Below are positions 52,106-60,237 of a stretch of 64,000 bases of DNA, in pieces. The number at the start of each line of letters is the position of its first letter. Positions within the stretch are counted from its first letter, which is position 1. The notes under the pieces are model-generated. The model did not search any database. It saw nothing but the letters and a program-made list of their open reading frames with translations, and was not told where the DNA came from. The translations under genes were made by a program, and so were the position numbers. The DNA comes from Escherichia phage MN01, in sequence record MT129652.1; one strand, written 5' to 3'.

Positions 52106-53430
52106 TTAAATTTGAAGACTTGAACACAGGACAAAAAGAAGCTTTTGATTATATCACTGAAGCTATTCAGCGACGTTCAGGGGAATGTATCACTCTGAAT
52201 GGTCCAGCTGGCACAGGTAAGACCACTCTGACAAAATTTGTCATTGACCACTTAGTGCGTAATGGAGTTATGGGAATTGTGCTCGCTGCACCAACTCACC
52301 AGGCGAAAAAAGTTTTATCTAAATTGTCTGGTCAAACAGCGAATACAATCCATAGTATCTTGAAGATTAACCCGACCACATATGAAGACCAAAACGTTTT
52401 TGAACAGCGCGAAATGCCTGACATGTCAAAATGTAATGTTCTGGTTTGCGATGAAGCAAGTATGTATGACGGGTCTCTGTTTAAGATTATTCTTAACTCT
52501 GTTCCTGAATGGTGTACTATTCTTGGGATTGGTGATATGCACCAGCTGCAGCCGGTTGACCCAGGAAGTACACAACAAAAGATAAGTCCATTCTTTACGC
52601 ATCCTAAGTTCAAACAGATTCATTTGACTGAGGTCATGCGAAGCAATGCTCCTATCATTGAAGTGGCGACAGAAATTCGCAATGGTGGTTGGTTCCGCGA
52701 CTGTATGTATGAAGGTCATGGCGTGCAAGGTTTCACCTCACAAACTGCTTTAAAGGATTTCATGGTAAACTATTTCAGTATTGTAAAAGATGCTGATATG
52801 TTGATGGAAAACAGGATGTATGCATACACGAATAAATCAGTTGAAAAACTGAACAATATTATTCGTCGCAAGCTATATGAAACGGATAAAGCATTTTTAC
52901 CGTATGAAGTCCTGGTTATGCAAGAGCCGCACATGAAAGAGCTGGAATTTGAAGGTAAGAAATTCAGCGAAACCATTTTTAATAATGGTCAGTTGGTTCG
53001 CATCAAGGATTGCAAATACACTTCCACCATTCTCCGTTGTAAAGGCGAATCGCACCAGTTAGTGATTAATTACTGGGACCTGGAAGTTGAGTCAATTGAT
53101 GAAGATGAAGAATATCAGGTTGACCGCATTAAAGTTTTACCAGAAGACCAGCAACCAAAATTCCAGGCATATCTGGCGAAAGTTGCTGACACATACAAAC
53201 AGATGAAAGCCGCTGGTAAACGTCCAGAGTGGAAAGACTTCTGGAAAGCGCGCAGGACCTTTTTGAAAGTTCGTGCTCTTCCGGTCAGTACAATCCACAA
53301 GGCCCAGGGCGTTTCAGTGGACAAAGCATTCATCTATACTCCATGCATCCATATGGCCGAAGCTTCATTAGCGAGCCAGTTGGCTTATGTTGGAATCACA
53401 CGAGCGAGGTACGACGCATATTATGTATAA
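52102..53430 (+). CDS. dda: Dda DNA helicase (SF1B)
   Basis: GPAGTGKTTLTKF..APTHQAKKVL..ICDEASM..STIHKAQG collinear with T4 Dda. Confidence 0.96.
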   Translation: MIKFEDLNTGQKEAFDYITEAIQRRSGECITLNGPAGTGKTTLTKFVIDHLVRNGVMGIVLAAPTHQAKKVLSKLSGQTANTIHSILKINPTTYEDQNVFEQREMPDMSKCNVLVCDEASMYDGSLFKIILNSVPEWCTILGIGDMHQLQPVDPGSTQQKISPFFTHPKFKQIHLTEVMRSNAPIIEVATEIRNGGWFRDCMYEGHGVQGFTSQTALKDFMVNYFSIVKDADMLMENRMYAYTNKSVEKLNNIIRRKLYETDKAFLPYEVLVMQEPHMKELEFEGKKFSETIFNNGQLVRIKDCKYTSTILRCKGESHQLVINYWDLEVESIDEDEEYQVDRIKVLPEDQQPKFQAYLAKVADTYKQMKAAGKRPEWKDFWKARRTFLKVRALPVSTIHKAQGVSVDKAFIYTPCIHMAEASLASQLAYVGITRARYDAYYV

Positions 53431-53668
53431 AGTACATAAAGAAGATTTAGATAATCTTATCTATGGTATTCAGGACGCGGTTGAATTTTTCGAAGATAAT
53501 CCGACTATCGTCGTGCAGGGTAATTACGTTTTGCTGGAACTGAATCTTATTCGGAAACGTATGGCCGCGATTGAATATTTTAACAATGAAGAGCCAGGGA
53601 TTTTTATCTCCGACTATGTTGCTGGTGAAATTCAGAAATTAAAAGAGATGTGCGATGGTTGCTGGTGA
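53423..53668 (+). CDS. hypothetical protein (81 aa); C-terminus altered by the 40-bp duplication
   Basis: ATG 53423 overlaps the dda stop; ends ..VAGEIQKLKEMCDGCW. Confidence 0.5.
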   Translation: MYKVHKEDLDNLIYGIQDAVEFFEDNPTIVVQGNYVLLELNLIRKRMAAIEYFNNEEPGIFISDYVAGEIQKLKEMCDGCW

Positions 53669-53697
53669 AATTCAAAAATTAAAAGAGATGTGCGATG
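53618..53697 (+). repeat. 2 x 40-nt tandem duplication (1 mismatch) at the junction with dexA
   Basis: GTTGCTGGTGAAATTCA[G/A]AAATTAAAAGAGATGTGCGATG twice: 53618-53657 and 53658-53697. Confidence 0.95.
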
Positions 53698-54378
53698 ATT
53701 GATGCTATTATTGACTTTGAAACTCTGGGAAACGGCTCGAAGGGAGCCGTTATTGACCTGGCTCTGATTACATTCGAATCTGACCCTGCTATTGTGGAAT
53801 CATTCGAAACCCTGGTTAATCGCGGCAAACGTATTAAGTTCAGTCTCGAATACCAAAAAGGTAAGCGGTTGTTCGACACAACAACCATGGGTTGGTGGAA
53901 AAAGCAATCAGCGGAAGCCCGTGTTAACTTGGCTCCTTCTGCACAAGATGTTGATACTCTGACCGGTATCCAACAAGCAATTGATTATCTGAATGGTAAT
54001 GGAATTAACAAATACGAAAGCCTTATGTGGTGTCGTGGAATGTCTTTTGACTTCCCGTTGTTTGTTGACCTTATCCGCGACCTGCAACGCAATGAGGGGA
54101 TTCCTGAGCGCGAATTGAATACCTATGACCTGGAGCCGGTTGTATTCTGGAACCAGCGAGATATCAGGACAGCCATCGAAGCCCTATCACTCGTCCGTAA
54201 GATGTGTGAAACTCCATTACCGAAGGGGACTTTAGATGGATTTGTGGCGCATGATTCGGTGCATGACTGCGCGAAAGATATTTTGATGTTGAAGTATGCC
54301 CAGCGCTATGCTCTTGGTTTAGATGAAGTTCCTTCCGAAGAAGATGCAGACCCATTATCTTTACCGAAAAAACGATAA
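53695..54378 (+). CDS. dexA: exonuclease A (DexA)
   Basis: MIDAIIDFETLGNGSKGAVIDLALI.. DEDDh N-terminus; 227 aa as in T4. Confidence 0.9.
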   Translation: MIDAIIDFETLGNGSKGAVIDLALITFESDPAIVESFETLVNRGKRIKFSLEYQKGKRLFDTTTMGWWKKQSAEARVNLAPSAQDVDTLTGIQQAIDYLNGNGINKYESLMWCRGMSFDFPLFVDLIRDLQRNEGIPERELNTYDLEPVVFWNQRDIRTAIEALSLVRKMCETPLPKGTLDGFVAHDSVHDCAKDILMLKYAQRYALGLDEVPSEEDADPLSLPKKR

Positions 54379-54385
54379 AAAGTAG

Positions 54386-54414
54386 TGTACAAGGCCAATG
54401 GAAAGAGACATAAT
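54386..54414 (+). promoter_or_regulatory. early promoter TGTACA-N17-CATAAT
   Basis: Leader TCTCATCAACTACTGATGAGGA. Confidence 0.55.
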
Positions 54415-54445
54415 TATCTCATCAACTACTGATGAGGATAACAAA

Positions 54446-54703
54446 ATGATTACTTCTTTTGAAATTGGCCAACAATATGAAATGTCTGCTCTTCAAGCTG
54501 CTGAAGCAGGTCTGACTAAAGCGTTTGAATGTGCATTTACAAATATTCGTGGTAAAATCTTTACTGTCAATAAAATTGCGGTATATGATAAAGAAACAGA
54601 CATGAACAAAGGCATCTACTTGAACGTGTCAAACGCAAAAGGTCGTCGTGAAATTATGGTTGTACAACCTAACCAACTGGCGATGTTCAATAAGGTTGCA
54701 TAA
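54446..54703 (+). CDS. single-module protein (85 aa) of the local ~80-aa module family
   Basis: ATG 54446 behind SD GAGGA; FEIGQQYEM...GKIFTVNKI... Confidence 0.55.
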   Translation: MITSFEIGQQYEMSALQAAEAGLTKAFECAFTNIRGKIFTVNKIAVYDKETDMNKGIYLNVSNAKGRREIMVVQPNQLAMFNKVA

Positions 54704-55458
54704 TGAAACCAGAATTTATTGACTTTGATGTTGTAAGCATGTATGTTCGCCCAATTAAACCATTAAAACTTGAGAAACAAAATATGACTATTGAAATTAA
54801 CAAAACTTATCAACTGATTGAACCTATTATTCAAAACGCAGCTATGGTTTCTGGGTATAATACTCTGACTGATGCTTTAGGCGAAGGTGAATTTATTGTT
54901 GAAACTTTTGTAAAAAGTAACTGGTTTGATAAAGCATATATTCTACATGCACGTCGCCTTGATACAAATGAAGTAGAAAAAATTACGGTTTATGAAGCTG
55001 AGATTGAACTCTTCAAAGAAGTTGAAGAAACTCCTATCAAAGTTGGTAAAACCTATCAGCTTATTGAAGATGCTAGTCAGTTTGGAAAGACCGTTGCAAT
55101 GCATGCTGGTTGGCGCGTACTGAAAGGTATTTTTGGATTTGCTCCATTTACCGTTAAAACAGTTAAGTACCACAATCACCAAAGCATCTTTGAATTTACT
55201 GCGGTCAATGAATCAGGTGACAATCTTGAAGCTATCCTTTATCCGCGTGAATCTGTACTGCTGGAAGAAGTTAGCGAACTGGGTGACCCTATTGACTTGC
55301 TGTGTAAACCAGTTCAAATCAAACGCCCATTTAACAGTTCCATTTGTGGTTGGGTAACAGACCAGTGGATTGAAGAGGGTGTTGAACTCCTGAACGTTGT
55401 TCATGCTGGTGAATTTACTGTTGTACCACGTTCCATGGTTGTTGAAATTTTTAATTAA
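54703..55458 (+). CDS. three-domain protein: two ~80-aa modules plus a shared C-terminal domain
   Basis: INKTYQLIE.. and VGKTYQLIED.. internal repeat; C-terminus GWVTDQWIEEGVELLNVV..FTVVP. Confidence 0.6.
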   Translation: MKPEFIDFDVVSMYVRPIKPLKLEKQNMTIEINKTYQLIEPIIQNAAMVSGYNTLTDALGEGEFIVETFVKSNWFDKAYILHARRLDTNEVEKITVYEAEIELFKEVEETPIKVGKTYQLIEDASQFGKTVAMHAGWRVLKGIFGFAPFTVKTVKYHNHQSIFEFTAVNESGDNLEAILYPRESVLLEEVSELGDPIDLLCKPVQIKRPFNSSICGWVTDQWIEEGVELLNVVHAGEFTVVPRSMVVEIFN

Positions 55459-55466
55459 ATTTAAAG

Positions 55467-55495
55467 TGTACAAACTCTTGGGGTCGGAGTATAAT
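55467..55495 (+). promoter_or_regulatory. early promoter TGTACA-N17-TATAAT; -10 in the loop of hairpin 55480-55501
   Basis: GGGGTC/GACCCC stem. Confidence 0.55.
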
Positions 55496-55537
55496 GACCC
55501 CACTGGAGAATAAACTTATTAACCAAGAGAGAAAATT

Positions 55538-56098
55538 ATGAAAGTTGAAGCTGGCGAAATCGTTCGCGTATCCAAAAAATCTCGTTCAAGAGCTGCTGGA
55601 CGTTTTGTTGAGGTTGTCAGTATTCGTGCTGATATTTTTGTTGACCATCCTGATAATGAAGTAAAGGTGCGTATCATTCCCAAAAATGGTCAGACTGAAA
55701 CTCAATTCGCTTATGTACGTGCTAAATTCCTGGAATCAACTGCTATCACTGCCACCAACCTCCCTGTGGTTGAAGAAGTTGAATCCCATGATGGATATGT
55801 GTGCGAAAGCAATGATATTCGTGGCGTAATTGCTCAAGACGTTGAAACCATTGACCAGTCTCATGTTGGGGTTGATTTTAAATGGAAATTGGGCAAAGGT
55901 GTCTTTTTTGTTTCACCTAAACCGTTTGAATATGTTGACGAACCTTTTGGTACTTATGAAACCACTAGCATGTCTGGTTACATCACAGACCAGTGGGTTG
56001 AAGAAGGCGTTAAGCTCTATAACATCGTGTTCCTTGGAACCTTTAAGGTGGTTCCTGAAAGCTTTATCGTTGAGTATGCTGATATTCATCGTGCCTAA
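55538..56098 (+). CDS. KOW-like N-terminus plus shared C-terminal domain (possible MotB-slot protein)
   Basis: MKVEAGEIVRVSKKSRSRAAGRFVEVV; C-terminus GYITDQWVEEGVKLYNIV..FKVVP. Confidence 0.55.
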   Translation: MKVEAGEIVRVSKKSRSRAAGRFVEVVSIRADIFVDHPDNEVKVRIIPKNGQTETQFAYVRAKFLESTAITATNLPVVEEVESHDGYVCESNDIRGVIAQDVETIDQSHVGVDFKWKLGKGVFFVSPKPFEYVDEPFGTYETTSMSGYITDQWVEEGVKLYNIVFLGTFKVVPESFIVEYADIHRA

Positions 56099-56146
56099 AT
56101 TATAAAAATGATAGGGTAATTTTGCCCTATCAATGAGGAGAATATT

Positions 56147-56371
56147 ATGTTTAATGAAGATTGTGTAACCACTTCCCTGACCGCTGAAGAGTTTTGGGAT
56201 ACTGCTGAAAGTGATAAAGTGATTGTGAAGAAAAACATCAATGAATTTCTTTGCACCACTGATATCATTTATGTGTATGCAGACAAAGACGCAGAACTAC
56301 CTAGCTATGCACTGTTCCGCGAAGAATCAGAAAATGGTACAGATTTTTGGAAGGAGATTTATAATGTCTAA
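56147..56371 (+). CDS. hypothetical acidic protein (74 aa)
   Basis: SD GAGGAG. Confidence 0.55.
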   Translation: MFNEDCVTTSLTAEEFWDTAESDKVIVKKNINEFLCTTDIIYVYADKDAELPSYALFREESENGTDFWKEIYNV

Positions 56372-56735
56372 ATTTGAAACTGATAAGTGGTATTATTTTA
56401 AAGATAATGTTGCTGAAAGCAGATTCCGTTTGTTATGCTCTGATAATGATAATATAGCCAATGCTATAATCAATGGCGAGGGATTTAGACCAGTCAGAAT
56501 TGAAGATGGTGATGTGTATAAAATGGAATTATCAACTGGTGAATTTGTGAGCCTATTCATAAAGGAAGATGAATTCCGTTTCTTTGAAGAAGAAAAAGAT
56601 GACGATACTGAAGATGAATGCGAAGACGCAGCTCCATCTGAGCCAAGCGAATTCCCTTTGACTAAAATCACCATCTCTAATAACTCCGAAGCCTGGACCG
56701 TTTACCAGATGTTGAAAGCACACTTTAAGGAATAA
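56364..56735 (+). CDS. module-family protein with acidic tail (123 aa)
   Basis: ATG 56364 behind SD AAGGAG; ..GEGFRPVRIE..EDEFRFFEEE. Confidence 0.55.
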   Translation: MSKFETDKWYYFKDNVAESRFRLLCSDNDNIANAIINGEGFRPVRIEDGDVYKMELSTGEFVSLFIKEDEFRFFEEEKDDDTEDECEDAAPSEPSEFPLTKITISNNSEAWTVYQMLKAHFKE

Positions 56736-56736
56736 C

Positions 56737-56913
56737 ATGCCACTTTATGATTACAAATGTCAATCTGATGACTGCGCGAAAGAATACGAAAAAATCAAGA
56801 AAATCTCTGAAAGAGATAATGATGTTTGTCCTGATTGCCATCGGCTGGCTGTTCGGTTAGTCTCGGCTCCTAAACATGTTAATGGCGGTTTTTACGACCT
56901 GCTGACTAAGTGA
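56737..56913 (+). CDS. FmdB-type zinc-ribbon protein (58 aa)
   Basis: MPLYDYKCQSDDC...CPDC pattern. Confidence 0.55.
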   Translation: MPLYDYKCQSDDCAKEYEKIKKISERDNDVCPDCHRLAVRLVSAPKHVNGGFYDLLTK

Positions 56914-56919
56914 GAAATT

Positions 56920-57180
56920 ATGAAATACATTAATCGTTCTATTGCCGCGCTGGTGCTGGCGGTTTCATTGGCTGGTTGTACTGATGCAGATAACGCCATT
57001 CGTGTATTAGATGCAAACGGCTATGAGCAAATCCAAATCACCGGTTATAACTGGTTGGGTTGCTCTGAAGATGATTTTCAGCATACTGGTTTTACAGCCG
57101 TAGGCCCAACTGGTAAGAAAGTTAAAGGAACTGTTTGTTCTGGTTTGCTGTTTAAGAATTCAACCATCCGATTTGAATGA
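56920..57180 (+). CDS. lipoprotein (86 aa)
   Basis: Lipobox SLAGC. Confidence 0.6.
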   Translation: MKYINRSIAALVLAVSLAGCTDADNAIRVLDANGYEQIQITGYNWLGCSEDDFQHTGFTAVGPTGKKVKGTVCSGLLFKNSTIRFE

Positions 57181-57187
57181 GGCTATT

Positions 57188-57592
57188 ATGTTTAAAATTG
57201 GAAAGAGTTATTGCATTAAAGATTTAGATGGCTTCCTTAAACATGTCGGTATGCCCGGTAGCATTTTGAACCAACAAGGAACCTCTATTATTGATTTGGT
57301 TACTACCAAAGAGTTTTCAGTCACTAAGATGGAAGCAAATGTTGTTACGGAATTTAGTACTATCGATGGAACTGGATTTTCTTTCCATAGTCGTAATGGA
57401 ACCGGTCTTATTTTTGGTGATGAATTTAAATATTTTGAAGAAACCCCGATAAAGGAATGTGATTCTGAAATAACCGAACAGGAATCAAAAGAGGATATCG
57501 TTGTTACCGGTGGCGATGTTATTATTACGGTTAAAACTGAAGTCGGACGCCTACAAGCTATTAAAATGTTAGAGCAGCTTCGATTCAAATAA
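57188..57592 (+). CDS. module-family protein (134 aa)
   Basis: ATG 57188 after SD GAGG; FKIGKSYCIKD...EFSVTKM...DEFKYFEE. Confidence 0.55.
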   Translation: MFKIGKSYCIKDLDGFLKHVGMPGSILNQQGTSIIDLVTTKEFSVTKMEANVVTEFSTIDGTGFSFHSRNGTGLIFGDEFKYFEETPIKECDSEITEQESKEDIVVTGGDVIITVKTEVGRLQAIKMLEQLRFK

Positions 57593-57610
57593 AAGGCCTT
57601 CGGGCCTTTT
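57591..57610 (+). terminator. rho-independent terminator
   Basis: AAAAGGCC-TTCG-GGCCTTTT. Confidence 0.8.
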
Positions 57611-57635
57611 TGCTTTAAAATATGTGACTTATAAT
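57611..57635 (+). promoter_or_regulatory. MotA-box middle promoter TGCTTTA-N12-TATAAT (gene 39)
   Basis: Consensus box abutting the terminator. Confidence 0.6.
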
Positions 57636-57660
57636 ACCTCCATACACAAGAGGAAAGATG

Positions 57661-59490
57661 ATGATTAATAATGAAATTAAAGTACTCTCGGACGTTGAGC
57701 ATATCAAAAAACGTTCCGGGATGTATATTGGTTCCAGTTCAAATGAAGCGCATGAGCGATTCTTGTTTGGTGAATATAAGTCCGTAAGCTATGTTCCTGG
57801 TATTGTAAAACTGATTGATGAAATTATCGATAACTCTGTTGATGAAGCAATTCGCACCAGTTTTAAATTTGCCAATAAAATTGATGTCCAAATTAAAGAT
57901 AATCAGATTTCGGTTTCCGATAATGGCCGTGGTATTCCACAGGCAATGGTTACAGACCAAAACGGTGAACAAATCCCTGGCCCTGTTGCAGCATGGACTA
58001 TTCCAAAAGCTGGTGGTAACTTCGGCGATGATGCTGAACGTAAAACTGGCGGGATGAACGGCGTCGGGTCTTCTCTGACCAATATTTTCTCTGTATTGTT
58101 TACCGGGATTACCGCTGATGGTGCAAATGAAATCACCGTTAACTGCTCCAATGGTATGGAAAACAAATGTTGGTCGACTAAGAAATCAAAAGGTAAAGGT
58201 ACGACTGTTATATTTATTCCAGACTTTAGTCACTTTGAAGAAAATAGTCTGTCCCAGATTTATCTGGATATTACATTGGACCGTCTGCAGACTCTTGCGG
58301 TTGTTTATCCGGATATTCAGTTTACCTTTAATGGTAAAAAGGTTGATGGTAATTTCAAAAAGTTTGCCAAGCAATTCGGAACCGAAGTTGTTATCCAGGA
58401 AACTGATACAGTATCGATGGCCTTTACGACTAGTCCGGATGGTTTCCGTCAGTTGACTTATGTCAACAACATTCATACAAAGAATGGTGGGCACCACGTT
58501 GAATGTGTTATGGATGATATCTGTGAACATCTTCAACCAGCCATTAAACGCAAATATAAAGGCATTGAGGTGACCAAGGCACGAGTTAAAGAATGTCTCA
58601 CCATGCTTATGTTCATCCGCGATATGAGCAACATGCGATTTGATTCCCAGACTAAGGAGCGATTGACTTCTCCGGCTGGTGAAATTCGAAATCACATTAA
58701 GATTGATGCCAAGAAAATCGCGCAAGCTATTCTGAAAAATGAACCGCTGATTATGCCGATTGTTGAAGCTGCATTAGCCCGTAAATTGGCAGCAGAGAAA
58801 GCAGCAGAGACAAAGGCGAATAAGAAAGCTTCGAAGGCCAAGGTGCAGAAACATATCAAGGCAAACGAATGGGGTAATGATAAACTGGAAACGACTCTGT
58901 TCCTGACCGAAGGTGATTCCGCAACCGGTCCATTTATCAAGGTTCGCGACCGTGAATTGCAAGGTGCTTATCCGTTACGCGGTAAGTTCAAAAACACATG
59001 GGGTCTGAAAGCTGTTGACGTTATGAAGAACGCCGAAGCCTTTGATGTGTGTGCGATTACTGGTTTAACGATTGGACAACCGGCCGAGAATATGAATTAC
59101 CGAAACATTGCTATCATGACAGATGCGGATGTGGATGGTGTCGGTAGTATCTATCCATCGTTATTGGCGTTTTTCAGTAACTGGCCAGAGTTGTTCCATG
59201 AAGGACGAATTCGCTTTGTGAAAACTCCTGTTATTATTGCGCAGCTCAAAGATAAACAAGAATGGTTCTATTCTCTTCCTGACTATGAAGAAGCTAAGGA
59301 TAAACTTCCGAAGCACACCATCCGATATATCAAGGGGCTTGGTTCTCTGGAAGATGCCGAGTACAAACGCGTATTGCTCGAACCGGTATTCGAAGTTGTT
59401 GAATTACCTGACAACTGGAAAGAACTGTTCGAAATGCTCTTCGGTAAAGATTCCCAGCAGCGTAAAGATTGGATGAATGCGACACTATAA
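57661..59490 (+). CDS. 39: DNA topoisomerase II large (ATPase) subunit, gp39 and gp60 fused
   Basis: INNEIKVLSDVEHIKKRSGMYIGS..; C-terminus MTDADVDGVGSIYPSLL..GRIRFVKTPVII corresponds to T4 gp60; ATG 57658 also possible. Confidence 0.96.
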   Translation: MINNEIKVLSDVEHIKKRSGMYIGSSSNEAHERFLFGEYKSVSYVPGIVKLIDEIIDNSVDEAIRTSFKFANKIDVQIKDNQISVSDNGRGIPQAMVTDQNGEQIPGPVAAWTIPKAGGNFGDDAERKTGGMNGVGSSLTNIFSVLFTGITADGANEITVNCSNGMENKCWSTKKSKGKGTTVIFIPDFSHFEENSLSQIYLDITLDRLQTLAVVYPDIQFTFNGKKVDGNFKKFAKQFGTEVVIQETDTVSMAFTTSPDGFRQLTYVNNIHTKNGGHHVECVMDDICEHLQPAIKRKYKGIEVTKARVKECLTMLMFIRDMSNMRFDSQTKERLTSPAGEIRNHIKIDAKKIAQAILKNEPLIMPIVEAALARKLAAEKAAETKANKKASKAKVQKHIKANEWGNDKLETTLFLTEGDSATGPFIKVRDRELQGAYPLRGKFKNTWGLKAVDVMKNAEAFDVCAITGLTIGQPAENMNYRNIAIMTDADVDGVGSIYPSLLAFFSNWPELFHEGRIRFVKTPVIIAQLKDKQEWFYSLPDYEEAKDKLPKHTIRYIKGLGSLEDAEYKRVLLEPVFEVVELPDNWKELFEMLFGKDSQQRKDWMNATL

Positions 59491-59493
59491 ATA
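59486..59493 (+). promoter_or_regulatory. late promoter TATAAATA overlapping the gene 39 stop
   Basis: Exact 8-mer. Confidence 0.5.
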
Positions 59494-59496
59494 GAT

Positions 59497-59516
59497 ACGG
59501 GAGAATATTCTCCCGT
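59497..59516 (+). repeat. perfect 20-nt palindrome ACGGGAGAATATTCTCCCGT
   Basis: Read directly. Confidence 0.9.
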
Positions 59517-59532
59517 CTTATAGGAGAAGTCC

Positions 59533-59685
59533 ATGAAAAAGTGGTGGGTTACGTTGTCAAATGGCGAATACGGTTATCTGTGGGCCGATACTAAACCTCT
59601 GTTTGCATCCTTTGTCACCATTATGTGCGAGACTTGGGATGGCGAATACTATACCGCATATGGGCAAGTCTATAAAGTTGAGTAG
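59533..59685 (+). CDS. hypothetical Trp/Tyr-rich protein (50 aa)
   Basis: SD TAGGAG 6 nt upstream; followed by a terminator. Confidence 0.5.
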   Translation: MKKWWVTLSNGEYGYLWADTKPLFASFVTIMCETWDGEYYTAYGQVYKVE

Positions 59686-59687
59686 CC

Positions 59688-59711
59688 AAAAGGACCTTCG
59701 GGTCCTTTTTT
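59688..59711 (+). terminator. rho-independent terminator
   Basis: AAAAGGACC-TTCG-GGTCCTTTT plus T-run. Confidence 0.85.
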
Positions 59712-59715
59712 ATTA

Positions 59716-59744
59716 TGTACAAGCCACAAAAATTACGTTAAGAT
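59716..59744 (+). promoter_or_regulatory. early promoter TGTACA-N17-TAAGAT
   Basis: Read directly. Confidence 0.5.
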
Positions 59745-59761
59745 ATCCTTGAGGTGAACAT

Positions 59762-60061
59762 ATGATTATGTCTGACGGAAGTTTAGTTAATCTGCAGAAT
59801 GTTGCACGTTGTATTATGGAAGCTGGTCTGAGGAAGGTACAGGAGCTCCCAGATAGCGACAGGAAGCGAAGTTACTTGTTGGCTGTAAGAGCATCAGCCA
59901 TGAGCATTAAGGCTGGCCAGAAGGTTCCTGAGGAGCGAATTGAAGCACTCCTTGCATTGATATACCATGGCCAAGAACATAAAGCTACCATGCGTAGTAT
60001 GAGAAAAATATTGCAGGAGATTGGAAATGACAAACTTCAAAGTGAATATGGAACTGTTTGA
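59762..60061 (+). CDS. hypothetical protein (99 aa)
   Basis: SD GAGGTG. Confidence 0.55.
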   Translation: MIMSDGSLVNLQNVARCIMEAGLRKVQELPDSDRKRSYLLAVRASAMSIKAGQKVPEERIEALLALIYHGQEHKATMRSMRKILQEIGNDKLQSEYGTV

Positions 60062-60230
60062 TAAGGCTATCCATAAAGAATACCGTGTTATCCAACGATT
60101 TTTTGATATAAGAGAAGCTGAAGAGTTTAAAGAACGCTTCAAAGAAATCCGTATTAAAATAGCTTCAGACACCGCAACAAAGGATGAACTTCTTGAAGTT
60201 GCAGAATTAATCAAACGTAACATAAAGTGA
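60027..60230 (+). CDS. hypothetical helical protein (67 aa)
   Basis: ATG 60027, 7 nt after SD AGGAG; overlaps the upstream 3' end. Confidence 0.5.
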   Translation: MTNFKVNMELFDKAIHKEYRVIQRFFDIREAEEFKERFKEIRIKIASDTATKDELLEVAELIKRNIK

Positions 60231-60237
60231 GAAAAAC

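Noticed and set aside
57208-57702. 164-aa minus-strand ORF
   Set aside because: It runs through a + strand gene, its terminator and the gene 39 promoter, which is implausible for a real gene.
35428-59490. Introns or inteins in genes 43, 41, uvsX, dda and 39
   Set aside because: All of these align collinearly with my recollection of the T4 proteins, without insertions or frame breaks.
59561-59752. 63-aa + strand ORF from the track
   Set aside because: It reads through a strong terminator and promoter. The SD-preceded 50-aa frame at 59533-59685 fits the signals better.
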